Assembly (NCBI GenBank): GCA_003693705.1
Contig: RBZT01000633.1
Span: 1 to 64,000, forward strand
DNA from: Polymyxa betae A26-41
Lineage: Eukaryota > Protista > Endomyxa: Phytomyxea
DNA: 64,000 nucleotides
Reading direction: 5' to 3'
Part shown: piece after piece, positions 26,053-37,839 of the stretch
Layout: each line of letters begins with the position of its first letter
Position numbering within the stretch: position 1 is the stretch's first letter
Program-made: the position numbers and the translations under genes
Notes under the pieces: model-generated
What the model was told of the DNA's origin: nothing
The model's database searches: none
Seen by the model: only the letters and a program-made list of their open reading frames with translations

Positions 26053-26628
26053 ATGTCTCGGACGCGACGATGGATGGACGAAGCTGATGCTCGCATGGCC
26101 GAGATGCAACAGCTCTGGGATTCGATCGCATCGCCGAAGCCGGCGGCGTCGCGCTCAACCCCGAAGCGAACGGTAAAGTCGACGCTGATACCGGTCGTCT
26201 CGGAAACGCCCGAAGGCCTGGAACGAAAGGCGCGCGCGAAAGAACGCGAACAGAGAAAGGCGCTGGAAAGCGAGCTGAATCGCAGACGTCTACAAGAGCA
26301 TCACCGCAATCTAAAGAACATGAGATCGCATTGGGCTGAAGGTCTTCAGATGAGTCCGGCGCCGCCTACGCCCTCGAAATCGCAGGACAGGATCGTAACG
26401 CCTCGGACACAGGATGAGATCGCCACAAAGAAATCGTACGAACAGCAATCAATAGAATTCCAATCAGCGAGGCGCGCCCTGCGTAAGAGCCTGAACGGTG
26501 CTCGCGACATCAACGTCGAGTTCGTGCTTCCGAAAGACGAGCGTGACGACGATCAGGATCCGGCGATACTGGCCCAGTTCGGGGAGCAGCACGACCTGCG
26601 TCCGGTGAAACGTCTACTACAGTATTGA
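26053..26628 (+). CDS. Intronless hypothetical protein with a charged coiled-coil segment
   Basis: 191-aa ATG-initiated, GC-rich ORF containing ERKARAKEREQRKALESELNRRRLQEHHRNLK. Confidence 0.75.
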   Translation: MSRTRRWMDEADARMAEMQQLWDSIASPKPAASRSTPKRTVKSTLIPVVSETPEGLERKARAKEREQRKALESELNRRRLQEHHRNLKNMRSHWAEGLQMSPAPPTPSKSQDRIVTPRTQDEIATKKSYEQQSIEFQSARRALRKSLNGARDINVEFVLPKDERDDDQDPAILAQFGEQHDLRPVKRLLQY

Positions 26629-26822
26629 TAGGGATCGTTGTCTAGAACGACGCCGCCTGGTTTCCAGATCGGCGAACCGCTTGTCTCAAGAGTTCGTATT
26701 TAATATCCAATTTGGAATCGGCCGAGAAATAAATTCAATTGTGAAAGGAATCTCACGAATTCGGGTACGGGCTCTGATACAGATCAGATTCCGAGTATAA
26801 GTTCAACGGGTAGAGAAGCGAA

Positions 26823-27448
26823 TCAGAGGCGTCTTTCAGCAGCCAACGGCTTCGACGACGACGCTCTAACCACTGCAGGTGAAACCTGGCGATTGTCTGC
26901 CGATCGATCGCCGTAAGAGCATCGGGGCGGAATCCACTCCGAATCTCTACACAAACTCAGCGTTGGTGACGACGATCCCGACGCTAAACAAAACACCGAC
27001 TCAAATCGTCATCCTCGGAGGATTTCATCAAATTCTGAAACGATGATTGCGACAGGTTATAACCACGATGTAGATGCTGATCGATTTCAGCGAAGGGCTG
27101 AGACCGAGCCCATCGACTCTACCTGATCCAACGACATCGAATCCTTCGGGCTGTAGCTTCGACGGCGATGCCCGGGCGGTTGCTGATTCCGGACGCGCGA
27201 TTTCCGCCGATGTCTCGGGAAACTGACGCGAATTTCGTCGACCGTATCGGCGGGATCGACCAGCGGAGGGCGATCCGGGAATGACAGCGGCCCGAATTGG
27301 GTTTCGGTTAGGACCAGCTCGCCTCCGCGACCAACCGCCCATGATTCAACTAATCGCCGAAATCAGCCGCTTTCAGATTGGTATTGGTGAACTGGATACT
27401 TTTATATGGGACACGATGATCGCCGTGCGAGATGTCGTCGTCAGCCAT
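26823..27448 (-). CDS. Four-exon low-complexity hypothetical protein, absent as such from the ORF track
   Basis: In-frame GT-AG joins give MADDDISHGDHRVPYK|IESWAVGRGGELVLTETQFGPLSFPD..RRRSYSPKDSMSLDQ|HLHRGYNLSQSSFQNLMKSSEDDDLS|RDSEWIPPRC..AERRL*. Confidence 0.6.
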
Positions 27449-28262
27449 GGTCTATACAGCTAAGTATGTGACGGTCTCCAACAACAGATTGTTTCGGAAC
27501 AAAATTGGGTCATGTTTACAGTTTGATAAAAATAGGCTGACATAATGGCGGTCACGATATTAGGTGGCGCTTTGACGATAGAATTTGGTGTCCAGGATCT
27601 TGGTGCCACACATAGCACAGATCCCTTTGTTATAAGCACAATTCTGGCAATAATTACAGCCATATTGATGCACCTGACTACGACATATACGACAGTTGGT
27701 CTTATTGTCAGCTGCACTCTTCCTGATCACAATGCATTCATCAATACAGAAAGGAATTCAAGAATGGATTTTTTACACTTCCATCTTTTTCAGCAACATA
27801 TCTGAGATAAAAAATCAGAGATTCGTTTTGCCAATTCACGATGCTGACGAACTTCGGTTGACGACCTGCCCCGTCCTGACCGCACCCGAAGTTCTGTTCT
27901 TCCCGATCGTTTTCTGAACATTCCTGGCACCGTCTGAGCCAGGATGTCAATCAGGGCGTCAAACGGTAGGCCGCAAGATCACCTTTCCATTTATCGGGGA
28001 CGCAGACGGTGGACAGTTTCTTCTCACATTTGGTACAAACCATGACCGAATGATGGCAGCACACGACAGAGTGTCGAATGACAATATCAACCTTAGATTA
28101 AAGAGCGCACATTTCTCTCAAACTATTTTCATTTAAAAGATGCGCAAAGAAAAAAACGAAAAAAGTGACTCATTTTAAAACAAGTGCGGCACTCGGATTG
28201 CACTGAGCCCTCGCGCACTAATTTCAACTTAATTGAAGATGGACGAACTCTCTATTGCTTCT

Positions 28263-29050
28263 TTATATATTGATGGCGATCGTTGTGCGACATACTGGGC
28301 AGGATCGGCGCGTCGCCAGCCAGTTGTCGATACAGCCGGGGCAGAACCGGTGCAGGCACGGCAGGACCTTGACGCGCTGTCCATGGACGAAATCGCTTAG
28401 GCAGACCAGACATCGAATGTCGTTAGAGCCAGCATCATGATGCAGAATCGGCATGGCATCCAGAAGGCGCTGCAACTCTGGCGAATATCTTCTTCTTGGC
28501 CGGCCGCGAATCTCGACGTTCTCTAAACGAATCGGGGCCTTTGTTGTTGCAGACATTGATTGGCTGCGATTTGGCTTATTGTCATGAAATACCAGGATAT
28601 GTTGGCCTTGTTGACGTTGAACGATCACAACCTGATCGCCTTTGGCCATGATCGTCGGCAACGTCCCTGATCGGTCGCGAAGGGCAACTTTCACGTAGTC
28701 TGGTAGACGGTGGCATCGTTTGGTGTTCGCCATGATTAGAAGAATGTGACCGTATGAGGACATCGGGAATTCTACCGACATGATGTATGTTGACCTGATG
28801 TCAATAATATCCTGATAAAGGTCACACTCATTGTAAAGCGAACAATGTCGCATTGCTGCTTTCTTTCCCGGTCGTTCAGACAAGTTTTTTTCAGCATTCT
28901 TCTACAGAATTTAGAACGAGGGGTTCCCTCCACCGGCGTCGCCCAACACAGATTGCAGCAACAACTATTACGAGGGTTGCCTTTAACGAGGTCAACCCGG
29001 CCTCGATGCTCTTCATGGAAAGACGTTGAAGGCGTCATTTCCCGTTTCAT
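28263..29050 (-). CDS. RING-finger E3 ligase-like protein (C-terminal RING-H2-type domain); 5' structure uncertain
   Basis: CLVCLSDFVHGQRVKVLPCLHRFCPGCIDNWLATRRSCPVCR. The usual second His is replaced by Cys. Confidence 0.82.
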
Positions 29051-29092
29051 GGGCGGGCACGTGCCTCAAAGTCATTGTTGTGATAGAACTCG

Positions 29093-29968
29093 ATGAGTGC
29101 CAATGTGGCATTAACAGAGCGTGATCAGCACCATACAGATCTACACGCATTACTGCTGGATCGGGAACTATCACAACATGGTGAAGCTGAATCCGATCGT
29201 CGTACAAGCGCCCAGAGTGTTTCTGACGTTCGAGCACGATCTGGCTTCCTTACAACCGCCAGGTCCTTAGCTGTTTCAATCATCGTAATCAGATGTTTTA
29301 TCACCTGTTTGCGTTTTGTGTGATCATCGAACTAAGGTGATTGGAATCACGATTTTGCTGTTCGCTTTTGCCACGATTTCAGTCCCAAAACTGTCGCCAT
29401 TATCGTCGATCATTGTCGTGGCCGTCTTCGCGACGCTGATAATGATGTCGGTGGCTGTTGCTATTCTGGTTCGTGACGATCAGGTCGAACAGTGGTCCTC
29501 GAATTTGTTCTTCATTGTCGTGTGTGCCATGTTCTTCACCGCCCCGATCGCCTTCGTCGCGTTCGTTCATTGCGATCAGGAGCTGCTTGCCATCCAATGG
29601 AATGCACTAAGTAAGCAGAATCGCTGCCAATTGCCATCTGACATCGCCTCTCTACAGGGCCCGAACGACGCGCTCATATGACCGATCAACTGAATCATCT
29701 TCGACATACTTCAGCTTTAACTGAAGATCAGGCTGGTCTCGTAATTGTAGCAGAAGGCGCCACGATCTCATCACAATTCAGTATTATCTGCTGGGTATTC
29801 GCAGCGATTCAGGTCCGAATATCATGGTGATGAATTCGACCGATTAATTACAAGCAGGTTGCGATCTTATTCCCTCTTTATATGATGAAGTTCCATAACG
29901 CTGGTCGCATTCCACCCCATTTCGCCGCCTCTGTTACCCAACAGCTTCAGGCTGCTGGACTCCTGTAA
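29093..29968 (+). CDS. Four-TM membrane protein with tetraspanin-like topology (multi-exon)
   Basis: Three close hydrophobic helices (VIGITILLFAFATI; IIVVAVFATLIMMSVAVAILV; LFFIVVCAMFFTAPIAFVAFV), a larger loop, then FSIICWVFAAIQVAILFPLY. No CCG motif. Confidence 0.65.
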
Positions 29969-30055
29969 TATACTGTTTTTCACTCAAGTACAAAATTACA
30001 TTAATTGTTGAATCTGTGGATCTTCAAATAGGATTGTCTCCATAACAAATCGGGC

Positions 30056-30082
30056 TAGGGTTTAGGGTTTCCTGGGGTTTAG
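30056..30082 (+). promoter_or_regulatory. Telomere-like (TTTAGGG, telo-box) motif cluster just upstream of the SNAPC3 ATG
   Basis: TAGGGTTTAGGGTTTCCTGGGGTTTAG lies 15-40 bp before the ATG at 30097. Confidence 0.45.
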
Positions 30083-30096
30083 TTTCTCGCTGCGCA

Positions 30097-31251
30097 ATGT
30101 CAATATGCGAGCTCGATGCAATTATCGACAGGACATGTCGGTCGGCATCGTCAGGCGTTACCAGGTGAAGGTCGTAAAGCTCGTCAGAGCCACCTGCCGC
30201 AATGCTCCAGCGCCTGCCTAGACGAATGCCGATCGCTGCAGGACGCCATTCGCGATCTGGTGCCGCCCTTCTCTGTCAACCTGCAGACCGACGATTTGTT
30301 CGCGAAACCCATTGCTGAGACGATCGAGGCGGAAATCAATAGACGTGTCGCCGATCCTACGATTGTCGAAGCGATGCCGAGAGTGGACGAGATGGAAGCT
30401 GATCGCCTCGCGTTGCGAAAGCGCCGTCAGCGGGTGCGAAAAGCGCTCAACTGTCCGATGGTATCGCCGCTTCAAGCTCGAAATTGGATCGGCGAGAAAC
30501 AGATTCAATCACAGATAGAAAGGAGCGACGACGACACCGAAGTCGCCGCTGGCACCGACCTTCTCATCACGATGGTCTTGTTCCATCACGACGACAAGGC
30601 GTTGCCGGTTCAAGAGCTGCAGCTGCTCGGGTCGAATACGCTCCAGGAGGCGGCCGACGCCTTCGTCTGCGTCCTGCAGCTCAATGCTCCGGCGCTTCGC
30701 CTCTCCATGCCGAGCTCGTATTTCCTGATCGAGGACCAGTTTCACGATTCGAATGGCGCCGAGCCGCTCTCGCAGCAAATCGTCGATTGGGTGCGGCAAG
30801 AGCGGCGTTTCGCTCATCAGAATCTGGGCGCCTTTCGTCGTGGTCGTCCCATGCATTTAACCCGTCTGAACGACATCCGATTCCGCCCTGGCAGTATCTA
30901 TCATTATGTCCATCTCGGTGCATGTCGTCATGCGATCATGTTCACCGAGGTCGCCGTTCTCAGTGTCAGCGACGTTCGGAAACGCGCTGCATACCCATTG
31001 CAGACGGCTCTGATGAAAGAGAAACGCCAGCAATGCGGCGTCTGCGAGACGAATGCCGCCGCCTTCGTGGTGTATGGGGATCGGCTGGCGTCCACCAATC
31101 CCTTCTTTTACTGCGCTGATTGCTATTATTCGATGCATTATGTAAGATTAGACGCTTTTCCATCGCTTTCCCTGATTAATATCTAATGTAGTCTGAAAAC
31201 GGGAATCTGCTGTATGATGGATATAAAGTCTATCCGTACATTTGCGATTAA
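30097..31251 (+). CDS. SNAPC3: snRNA-activating protein complex subunit 3 (SNAP50)
   Basis: QELQLLGSNTLQEAADAFVC, SSYFLIEDQF, YHYVHLGACRHAIMF, zinc finger CGVC..FFYCADCYYSMHY, terminal KVYPY. Confidence 0.92.
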
Positions 31252-31287
31252 CCAGTATGACGTATTCCGATAAATTAATTATATTTA

Positions 31288-32782
31288 CTATATCCAGAAA
31301 CTAACGGCGATCATGATGCCTGCACCAGTAATCTCAGGAATGACTTTCGCCCATATCCATCCTAACCCTACAAAGCGCCGTTATTCCAAACTGGTTTTGT
31401 TTGAACTGGGCAACTGCACTTACGACAACAGGTTTTGTCTTGCAGATGCATCATCCCGACGTAAAGAAAACTGCCGGCAGCGAACGCCTCCAAGACGTCT
31501 TGTATAATTAAGGCTGCATCGTTGGTGATCAGCTGCTGTGCGCCGACAGCCAATAAAGCACCGATAGGTGTCATCAGCCCATACAGAAACAGCGCTACTG
31601 TCGACGCTGTCGTCGTCGATCCTTCTGCGAAATTGAAAGCCACCGCAAAGCTTTCCACGCCTAAATAATAATTCAGACAAAACTCCCTTCCTCAATGGCC
31701 TAAAACGGTTATAAACACGAAAATTTCTGTCACATTATAAAATGGCAAAAATTGCAGAAGTGCATACCTTTATGAGCGATGATAACCATGCCTAGAATTA
31801 CAGTATCATGCATGCCGGTTGTCATACCGAACGCAGCGCCGGTGATTATAGCATGCAGACTTAATAGACTGAAAACGAGCCAGGATAGAATCCCGGTACC
31901 ATCAACCTGAATATGATGATGATGGACAGCTCGGCCGTGCAAGCCGCCGGACAGCGATTCTTCAAACTTGGAGGCGCAAGGATCCTCGGAATGCTGATGG
32001 CCGAAATGCGACAACCTTGCTGGGGACGACGTATGAGAGCCATCATCCTGATCGTAGCTGCGAAAAGGCGCCAGTAAATCATGATTAAATGATTCAGATT
32101 CGTCGGGATACGTCTGCAGAAATATTTAGAAAAATAGAACGAAGGCGACCGAGAGTTTTGGCGTTTTTAAATCAAACTGTGGGAGAAGAGTTCAACATTG
32201 TGCAACGAGAGAAAGGGAATACAGAGGGAATAACAGCAGAACAAATTGGGCAGCAAACGATCAAAAATCAAGGAGACCTGTTCCGGAACATAAACGACTC
32301 TCTTTAGATCGGTAAAGACCGAGCTTCTGAGATAATCGGTAGAGCTAGGAACAGCAATAGATTCGACCAAGTCGGCGAACAGGATCCCAACAGTGACGAT
32401 TCCAAGCACCTACCAAACCAGTAGTCAGAAACCAATATTCCTTCAATGCATTAAAGCAGAATTACGATATTCAAAGGAAGATGAACAGCCGCATCTGGAA
32501 CGAGATCTGAAAACGTCTTGAATGTCAGATCAGAACCGCATGATCAAGATCTCATACGCATTAGAGCGGCCGCAACAAAGACGCCACCTGCCAGATTGTG
32601 AGAGATTGCGATGATCGTTTGCGTGTGAGAGCCGGCGGAATCTCGTCGTTTCAGCCAATATGGAAGATAGGCACCGCCGAACGTCACGAGCCCGATTCCC
32701 TTTGCGGCCAGTTAACTGAGTCGAGGCATGGATTGGGTTTCCGAACCAGTAAGGCGACCGCCTTAACAACGGCCAGCTCCAT
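31288..32782 (-). CDS. ZIP (ZRT/IRT-like) zinc/iron transporter (multi-exon)
   Basis: LAGGVFVAAALMH. His-rich loop HFGHQH..HHHH. LSLHAIITGAAFG, IIAHK..ESFA, MTPIG, AFAAGSFLYV. Confidence 0.92.
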
Positions 32783-32905
32783 GATCGACTCCGGTCGACT
32801 GGATGAAACCGACTCGTTTTGTATTATGGCAGGGACCACACCTGCAGGTAGTAAGTAGCAGGCAGCAGAAGCAGCTGGATAATTTGAGTCCAGACAAAGA
32901 TTGGG

Positions 32906-32973
32906 GGCGACACTGCGCACTTTATTGAGGCGACATTGCGCACTTTTTTGGCGACACTACGCACTTTATTTGG
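32906..32973. repeat. Three tandem ~22-bp repeats containing TGCGCAC, in the ZIP transporter upstream region
   Basis: GGCGACACTGCGCACTTTATTGA / GGCGACATTGCGCACTTTTTT / GGCGACACTACGCACTTTATTTGG, starting 124 bp upstream of the ZIP ATG. Confidence 0.9.
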
Positions 32974-33404
32974 ATATTTTCCGACAGAATGAGCGAGGGC
33001 AGCAGCTACCGGTAGCTGTTATACCAAAGTTCTAGAGCTTTCTCATCAAGCAACAGCAGAGCACAGCGCGGTTGCACTGAACAGGAATCTTGATCGGTCC
33101 AAGAAAACCGAATATTTCCAAGAGCCACTTTGACACAATATATTGTCTATTGCAAGAGATGGAGGTCGCCCGTTTGCAATTCTGTCGAATCATGATAATA
33201 ATAAACAGTTCTACTCCATATACACTGCCTTGTCGCCTCAATACGGAATTGCAGATCTTTCTTGCTACGAAGCAAATCAGTCATTTGATGTGAAAAAAGT
33301 TGTCGATATTTAAATTTGTAATTTCTGCGCCAAAAGTTTTCGATTTTTGAAATGTTTTAATTTCTGCGCCAGTCAAAGCTCTGTTAAATCGTCCGAATGA
33401 TTTG

Positions 33405-34466
33405 ATGAATTTGTCCCAACAACTGACCATCATTATAACATCATCAGCTATTCCATCGAACCCATCTACAACCGTATTGGAGACCGTTCTGGATGGATTC
33501 GATTTCGTTCCTGATTTGAGATCATGCAATGTTGTTCTGGTCTTTGATGGATATCTGGAATCGGTTTCAGGCCAATCGCAGTACAAACGAATGCGATTAT
33601 GCGGCGAAGGCGCGGATCGCTATAGAGAATATCGATCAAAGGCAACCGAGCTCGTTCGCCGATCTCTTGGTATCGGATCGCACATCGAGCCGATCATCAC
33701 CAATCGAGTCTCGAGAATTGGAGCCTATAAATCAGCAGACGTGAATCTGGCTGAATACGTTCAAGATGAGATACCAACGCTGCACGTCTTAACGCTATCG
33801 ACTCGATTCGGGTTCGCTTTAGCTATTCGGGAGGCACTTCATCAGTAAGGACGGAAAAATGTTTTTCGAATTAAAAATCGAATTTGTTGAATTCAGATTA
33901 ACGACTCCATACATTCTCGTTCATCAACATGATTGGGTGTTTATGGTATGATACATTTAGACAGATTTTGACGATCGTACTGATCTATGCAGCACGAACT
34001 GGATTTCGGTCGAATTCTGTCGGCGATGACGGCCCAACCCGATCGGCTCAAGTATATCGGATTCTATTCACGACAAGCGATGAAGCGGGAGTATCGTCCT
34101 CACCTGCCTCGTTCGGTGCCCATTGATATCGGAGGATTACGATTAGCTCCTCTGTATTTCTGGTACGACAAGCCGCATATCGCGTTAGCGTCCCATTATC
34201 GGCAGTTCGTATTCGGACGTCAACGCTTTCAGGTTGGTGATTTCATTGAAGATACAATGGGACATGTTATGATGAAAGATATTCGTGATTGTGGACCTGA
34301 TAAACATCTGGAATATGGGACATGGGTCTTAGCATGTAATGAACATGAAAATAGGCCTACATTAAGGCATGTTAATGGCAGAAAATACTCAGAAACTTGC
34401 TATATGCGATCAAGAAAACCAAAAAGGAAAATCAATTGCCAAATGCCTGCGCTGAGCAACGAATAA
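33405..34466 (+). CDS. Putative GT-A-fold glycosyltransferase-like protein
   Basis: LTIIITSSAIPSNPST, VVLVFDGY, GFALAIREAL, TPYILVHQHDW (DxD-equivalent position), FWYDKPHIA, HVNGR. Confidence 0.7.
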
Positions 34467-35221
34467 ACGGGAACGATATTCGAAAATTGAGAATTCGTTG
34501 ATATAACCCCATAACCCCATTCATGGGGCAAGGACGAACACGAAATGAGCAGTATCGGTGCGAATTGCAGCAGGGCTATTAGGCAGAAGGGTCGGCTGCC
34601 AATGACCTGATTGTCTGTGCCAGATTCTGCTACCAATGTAACCGATTACATGCTGGCTCATCGTAGCCCAGACATAGCTCAGAGATCGTGCATAACAGGG
34701 ATGTGGTGAAAGCAAGATGACTTTGAGAAAGATTGAGCCAAATGCTATGATGATTGGAGTGAATCTTTGGTTGATAAAGATGGAAGGTATTGTTTCATTC
34801 CAAATAACAACATATCAACATAATGGGTCACATCCATCAACGTACTATCTGTCAAAGTTGTCATGAGCGCTGCTCTCCCTTTCCCTGGTCTTTATACCTG
34901 ATCGAGCGGCACTACACATTAGAGCTGTCCGTAAATAAACGTATCTTTTTCGCATTCCAAAATACATCAGAATCCTTCTATCATTTGCTTGCCCGTAAAT
35001 TAGGGGAAATTCAAAGGATTTTTCTGATGGCACAGCATTTTAATTTTCGCAAATCTTACGTTAATCGGTTAATGGAATTAGTAAGTTCTATAAATAGATC
35101 CGCAGAAATTGAAGTCCGAAGGTCTCATCATCTTGAAAACGTGCCTTTCGGCAAGGTGGGCGGCACTGTTACCCTAGTGCGAGCTTCGCCGTCAAGTCCG
35201 CAATTGCCATTCTACAATTCG

Positions 35222-35413
35222 ATGGATCGGATCATGTTGGTATTGATGGTGGCCCTTCTCGGGGTTCTGGGGTCGGTCGTTTCTCAACCTGTTGCTGAAG
35301 GCGGTGCCTCCTACAAGCAGCTGGCGGATTTCAACCCGGGATTCCAGAGACTGGCGCTGCTTTCCCATGGCCTTTTGGACCAAGATGGCATTGTCAATCA
35401 GACTCGTTTGTGA
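35222..35413 (+). CDS. Candidate small secreted protein (signal peptide); 3' structure uncertain
   Basis: MDRIMLVLMVALLGVLGSVVS-QPVAEGG.. shows n/h/c signal-peptide regions in a GC-rich coding-like patch. Confidence 0.5.
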   Translation: MDRIMLVLMVALLGVLGSVVSQPVAEGGASYKQLADFNPGFQRLALLSHGLLDQDGIVNQTRL

Positions 35414-35935
35414 TCGAGCCTGGGACGACGGCCAATATTACGAATGAACTATTAAGTGATACCGCTTTAATCTGAGATCGACTGAACCAAGCAAAAAGGA
35501 TGGAAACGTTTTGAAGCGAGCTGAAATTTTTATCTACTCTGCTCTGATAGAAGAATAGATGGTTATTGGTAGCATTATCTCGCAGATTCACGATCCTGGC
35601 AATCACATATAATTTCCATTATTTTCCGATGTATGCAGTTTGAGGGGTAGCCGGTTACGTATATGAGAATCTCACGAACCAAAGGTAAAATAATTGATCG
35701 AGTTAATTTTGTTGTTGGTTGACCAAAGTAAACTGAATGGATGAAACTATTCATTGTAAAAGAAAATTCTAGATTCGGTTTTAATTGCAAACTGCAGATC
35801 TACTTTCTAAACCAAGGCGAAGGAGATTATTAAAATATTGTGAACGGTGTAATAATATAAATACAGCTTGCACAACTTTTTAATGAAATATGGTTAAAGA
35901 GCTCAAGCGCTGGCTGCTGGTTATGTAGGTTGCGT

Positions 35936-36355
35936 TTAAGCTGAGGATTGCTGCATCAATAGTTAAAACAAAAGAAAACATATAAAGTCAAATACTCGTA
36001 CCGTGTACTTTGTGACAGCCTTGGCGCCTTCTGAAACGGCGTGCTTAGCAAGTTCTCCTGGCAGGATTAAACGGACAGCGGTCTGGATTTCGCGAGATGA
36101 CAAGGTCGACTTGCTGTTGTAGCGAGCCAGACGGCCAGCTTCGGTAGCCAGACGCTCGAACAGATCGGTGATAAGCGAGTTCATGATGGACATAGCTCGC
36201 TTGGAGATACCGGTATCAGGGTGAACCTGCTTCAACACCTTGTAGACGTAGGTGTAGTACGACTCCATACGCTTCTTGATGGCCTTCTTGGGCTTGGACG
36301 ACGGCTGCTTGGCGGTCTTGCCGGCGGGCTTGGTGGGGGCCTTCTTGGGCGGCAT
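35936..36355 (-). CDS. H2B: Histone H2B with one intron near the 3' end
   Basis: [58 protein letters not shown]|QSSA*. Confidence 0.98.
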
Positions 36356-37839
36356 GTTGTTGTCGGGTTGGAGATGGAAGGCGATACAAACAGAAGTCGA
36401 TGAATAGAGGAATGAGAGATGGGTGTGAGTTCTCCCGCCTCTTATATCGGTCAAGGAGGGCGCGCAGCTTGGACACGTTCAAGGCGCGGCCTTTCGCCGC
36501 CCACCCATTACGCGCGCAAACCCCTCAGACTGGCATCCGAGCGTATCTCACACCAATTCCACCAATCAGATTGTGACTCTAATCCCGCGCTATATATTTC
36601 AGTGACAACTGCCCCTTCCCTTTATCTGATTTGTTTGGTGATCTGAGGCGTCATGGAAAAGGCGCGCTTTCCTATTAGCTACGCTTCGATAGAGGCAAAT
36701 CGCCCGACGTCTGGAGAATGTGGCGCGTTCTGTAATCACCTCATCCGCCGCCATGATGTGACTGTCAATCTGTGATGATTGTGGATCCATTGTCCCAGCT
36801 TCAGTTTTTATGGTTTGGCAGGCGATGTTTACTGCAAACGCCATGTCTCTGTCCGTTGAGCATATCCTGATATTTGCTTTAGTAAGTTGCTGAAATTGTA
36901 TTTGAGCAACGCTTGCGCAAGGCAGTAAATCGCCTTGACATTTCACTTTTTTTCAAATTGCGAACTTTCTCTACAACTTCAGGTTTTTAACATCAAGATT
37001 TTTCGACTTGTTTGGCTATGGTGTCACTGATAGGCATAATCAATTTGCCTTTTTGCTCCAAATTCCGGAACGAATCGATACATGGATTAAGCCGATCGCT
37101 ATGGCTCTATGTTAATGGGACGCTGCACCTGGTTGCTGTCAGGTCGAGTTTGTAGTAGAATGTTGGTATCACTATCGAAAAATCTGTCACCGATAAATAG
37201 CAATAAAGTCAATCTTCAATGCCAATCATGCTTTCGATTATGCTTGAACGTCGTTGCAAATTCGGGAGCGAATTCCCAATTAGGTATTTTGAACCTTAAA
37301 CGAACACCTCACAAAGCCATCCCCTGCCAGTGCATCCAAAAGTGATTATTGTCCTGGGATCAAAGTCGCAAATTCATCCGAAAGGTATTGAATAACAGAT
37401 ACCGGTAGTAGCGTCTCTAACAAACCAGAATTAGACATCAAGAATTTCCGGATCCTAAACTCCTTGTCATCGCCACATGCGTTGCATTTCTCCACAGCGG
37501 CGTTCCGATGCGATGTGTTCTGCTTTTTGCCGTTGCATTGTCAATCTGATGTATTTGCAGGCGTTATAAGCGGATATCTCGAGGATCGTCGGGCTGACAA
37601 ACGGCTGTCCGACAATTCCCACAACGAAATGCCAACGATCCTAGGACGTCGATATTAGCTGGTCTGGTGGCAGTCAGAAACAATTCGATGAGCCGTCTGG
37701 CGAGAAATCTCGGGATTTAGTATGGAACGTACCTAAGATCGCTGTTTGTGACGGGATCGATACGAGATTTCGCTCATCAGGTGTAAGCGCCAAGGGTCTT
37801 GTTTCCCAGTACGACGGGACCGCGAACAACGCCAGCATC

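Noticed and set aside
27460-27950. Hydrophobic ORFs on both strands as a membrane-protein gene
   Set aside because: I could not build a consistent spliced model on either strand, so it is left uncalled.
30484-31119. 211-aa alternative-frame ORF inside SNAPC3, and similar long overlapping or antisense ORFs (8545-8916, 41765-42241, 62597-63055)
   Set aside because: Shadow frames expected from GC-rich or biased coding sequence, with no protein-like motifs.
32906-32973. Repeats as a mini CRISPR array
   Set aside because: The copies are directly adjacent with no unique spacers, there are no cas genes, and the DNA is eukaryotic.
34823-35221. N-terminal 133 aa of the 196-aa ORF
   Set aside because: AT-rich and not protein-like. 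Only the part from the Met at 35222, with its signal peptide, looks coding.
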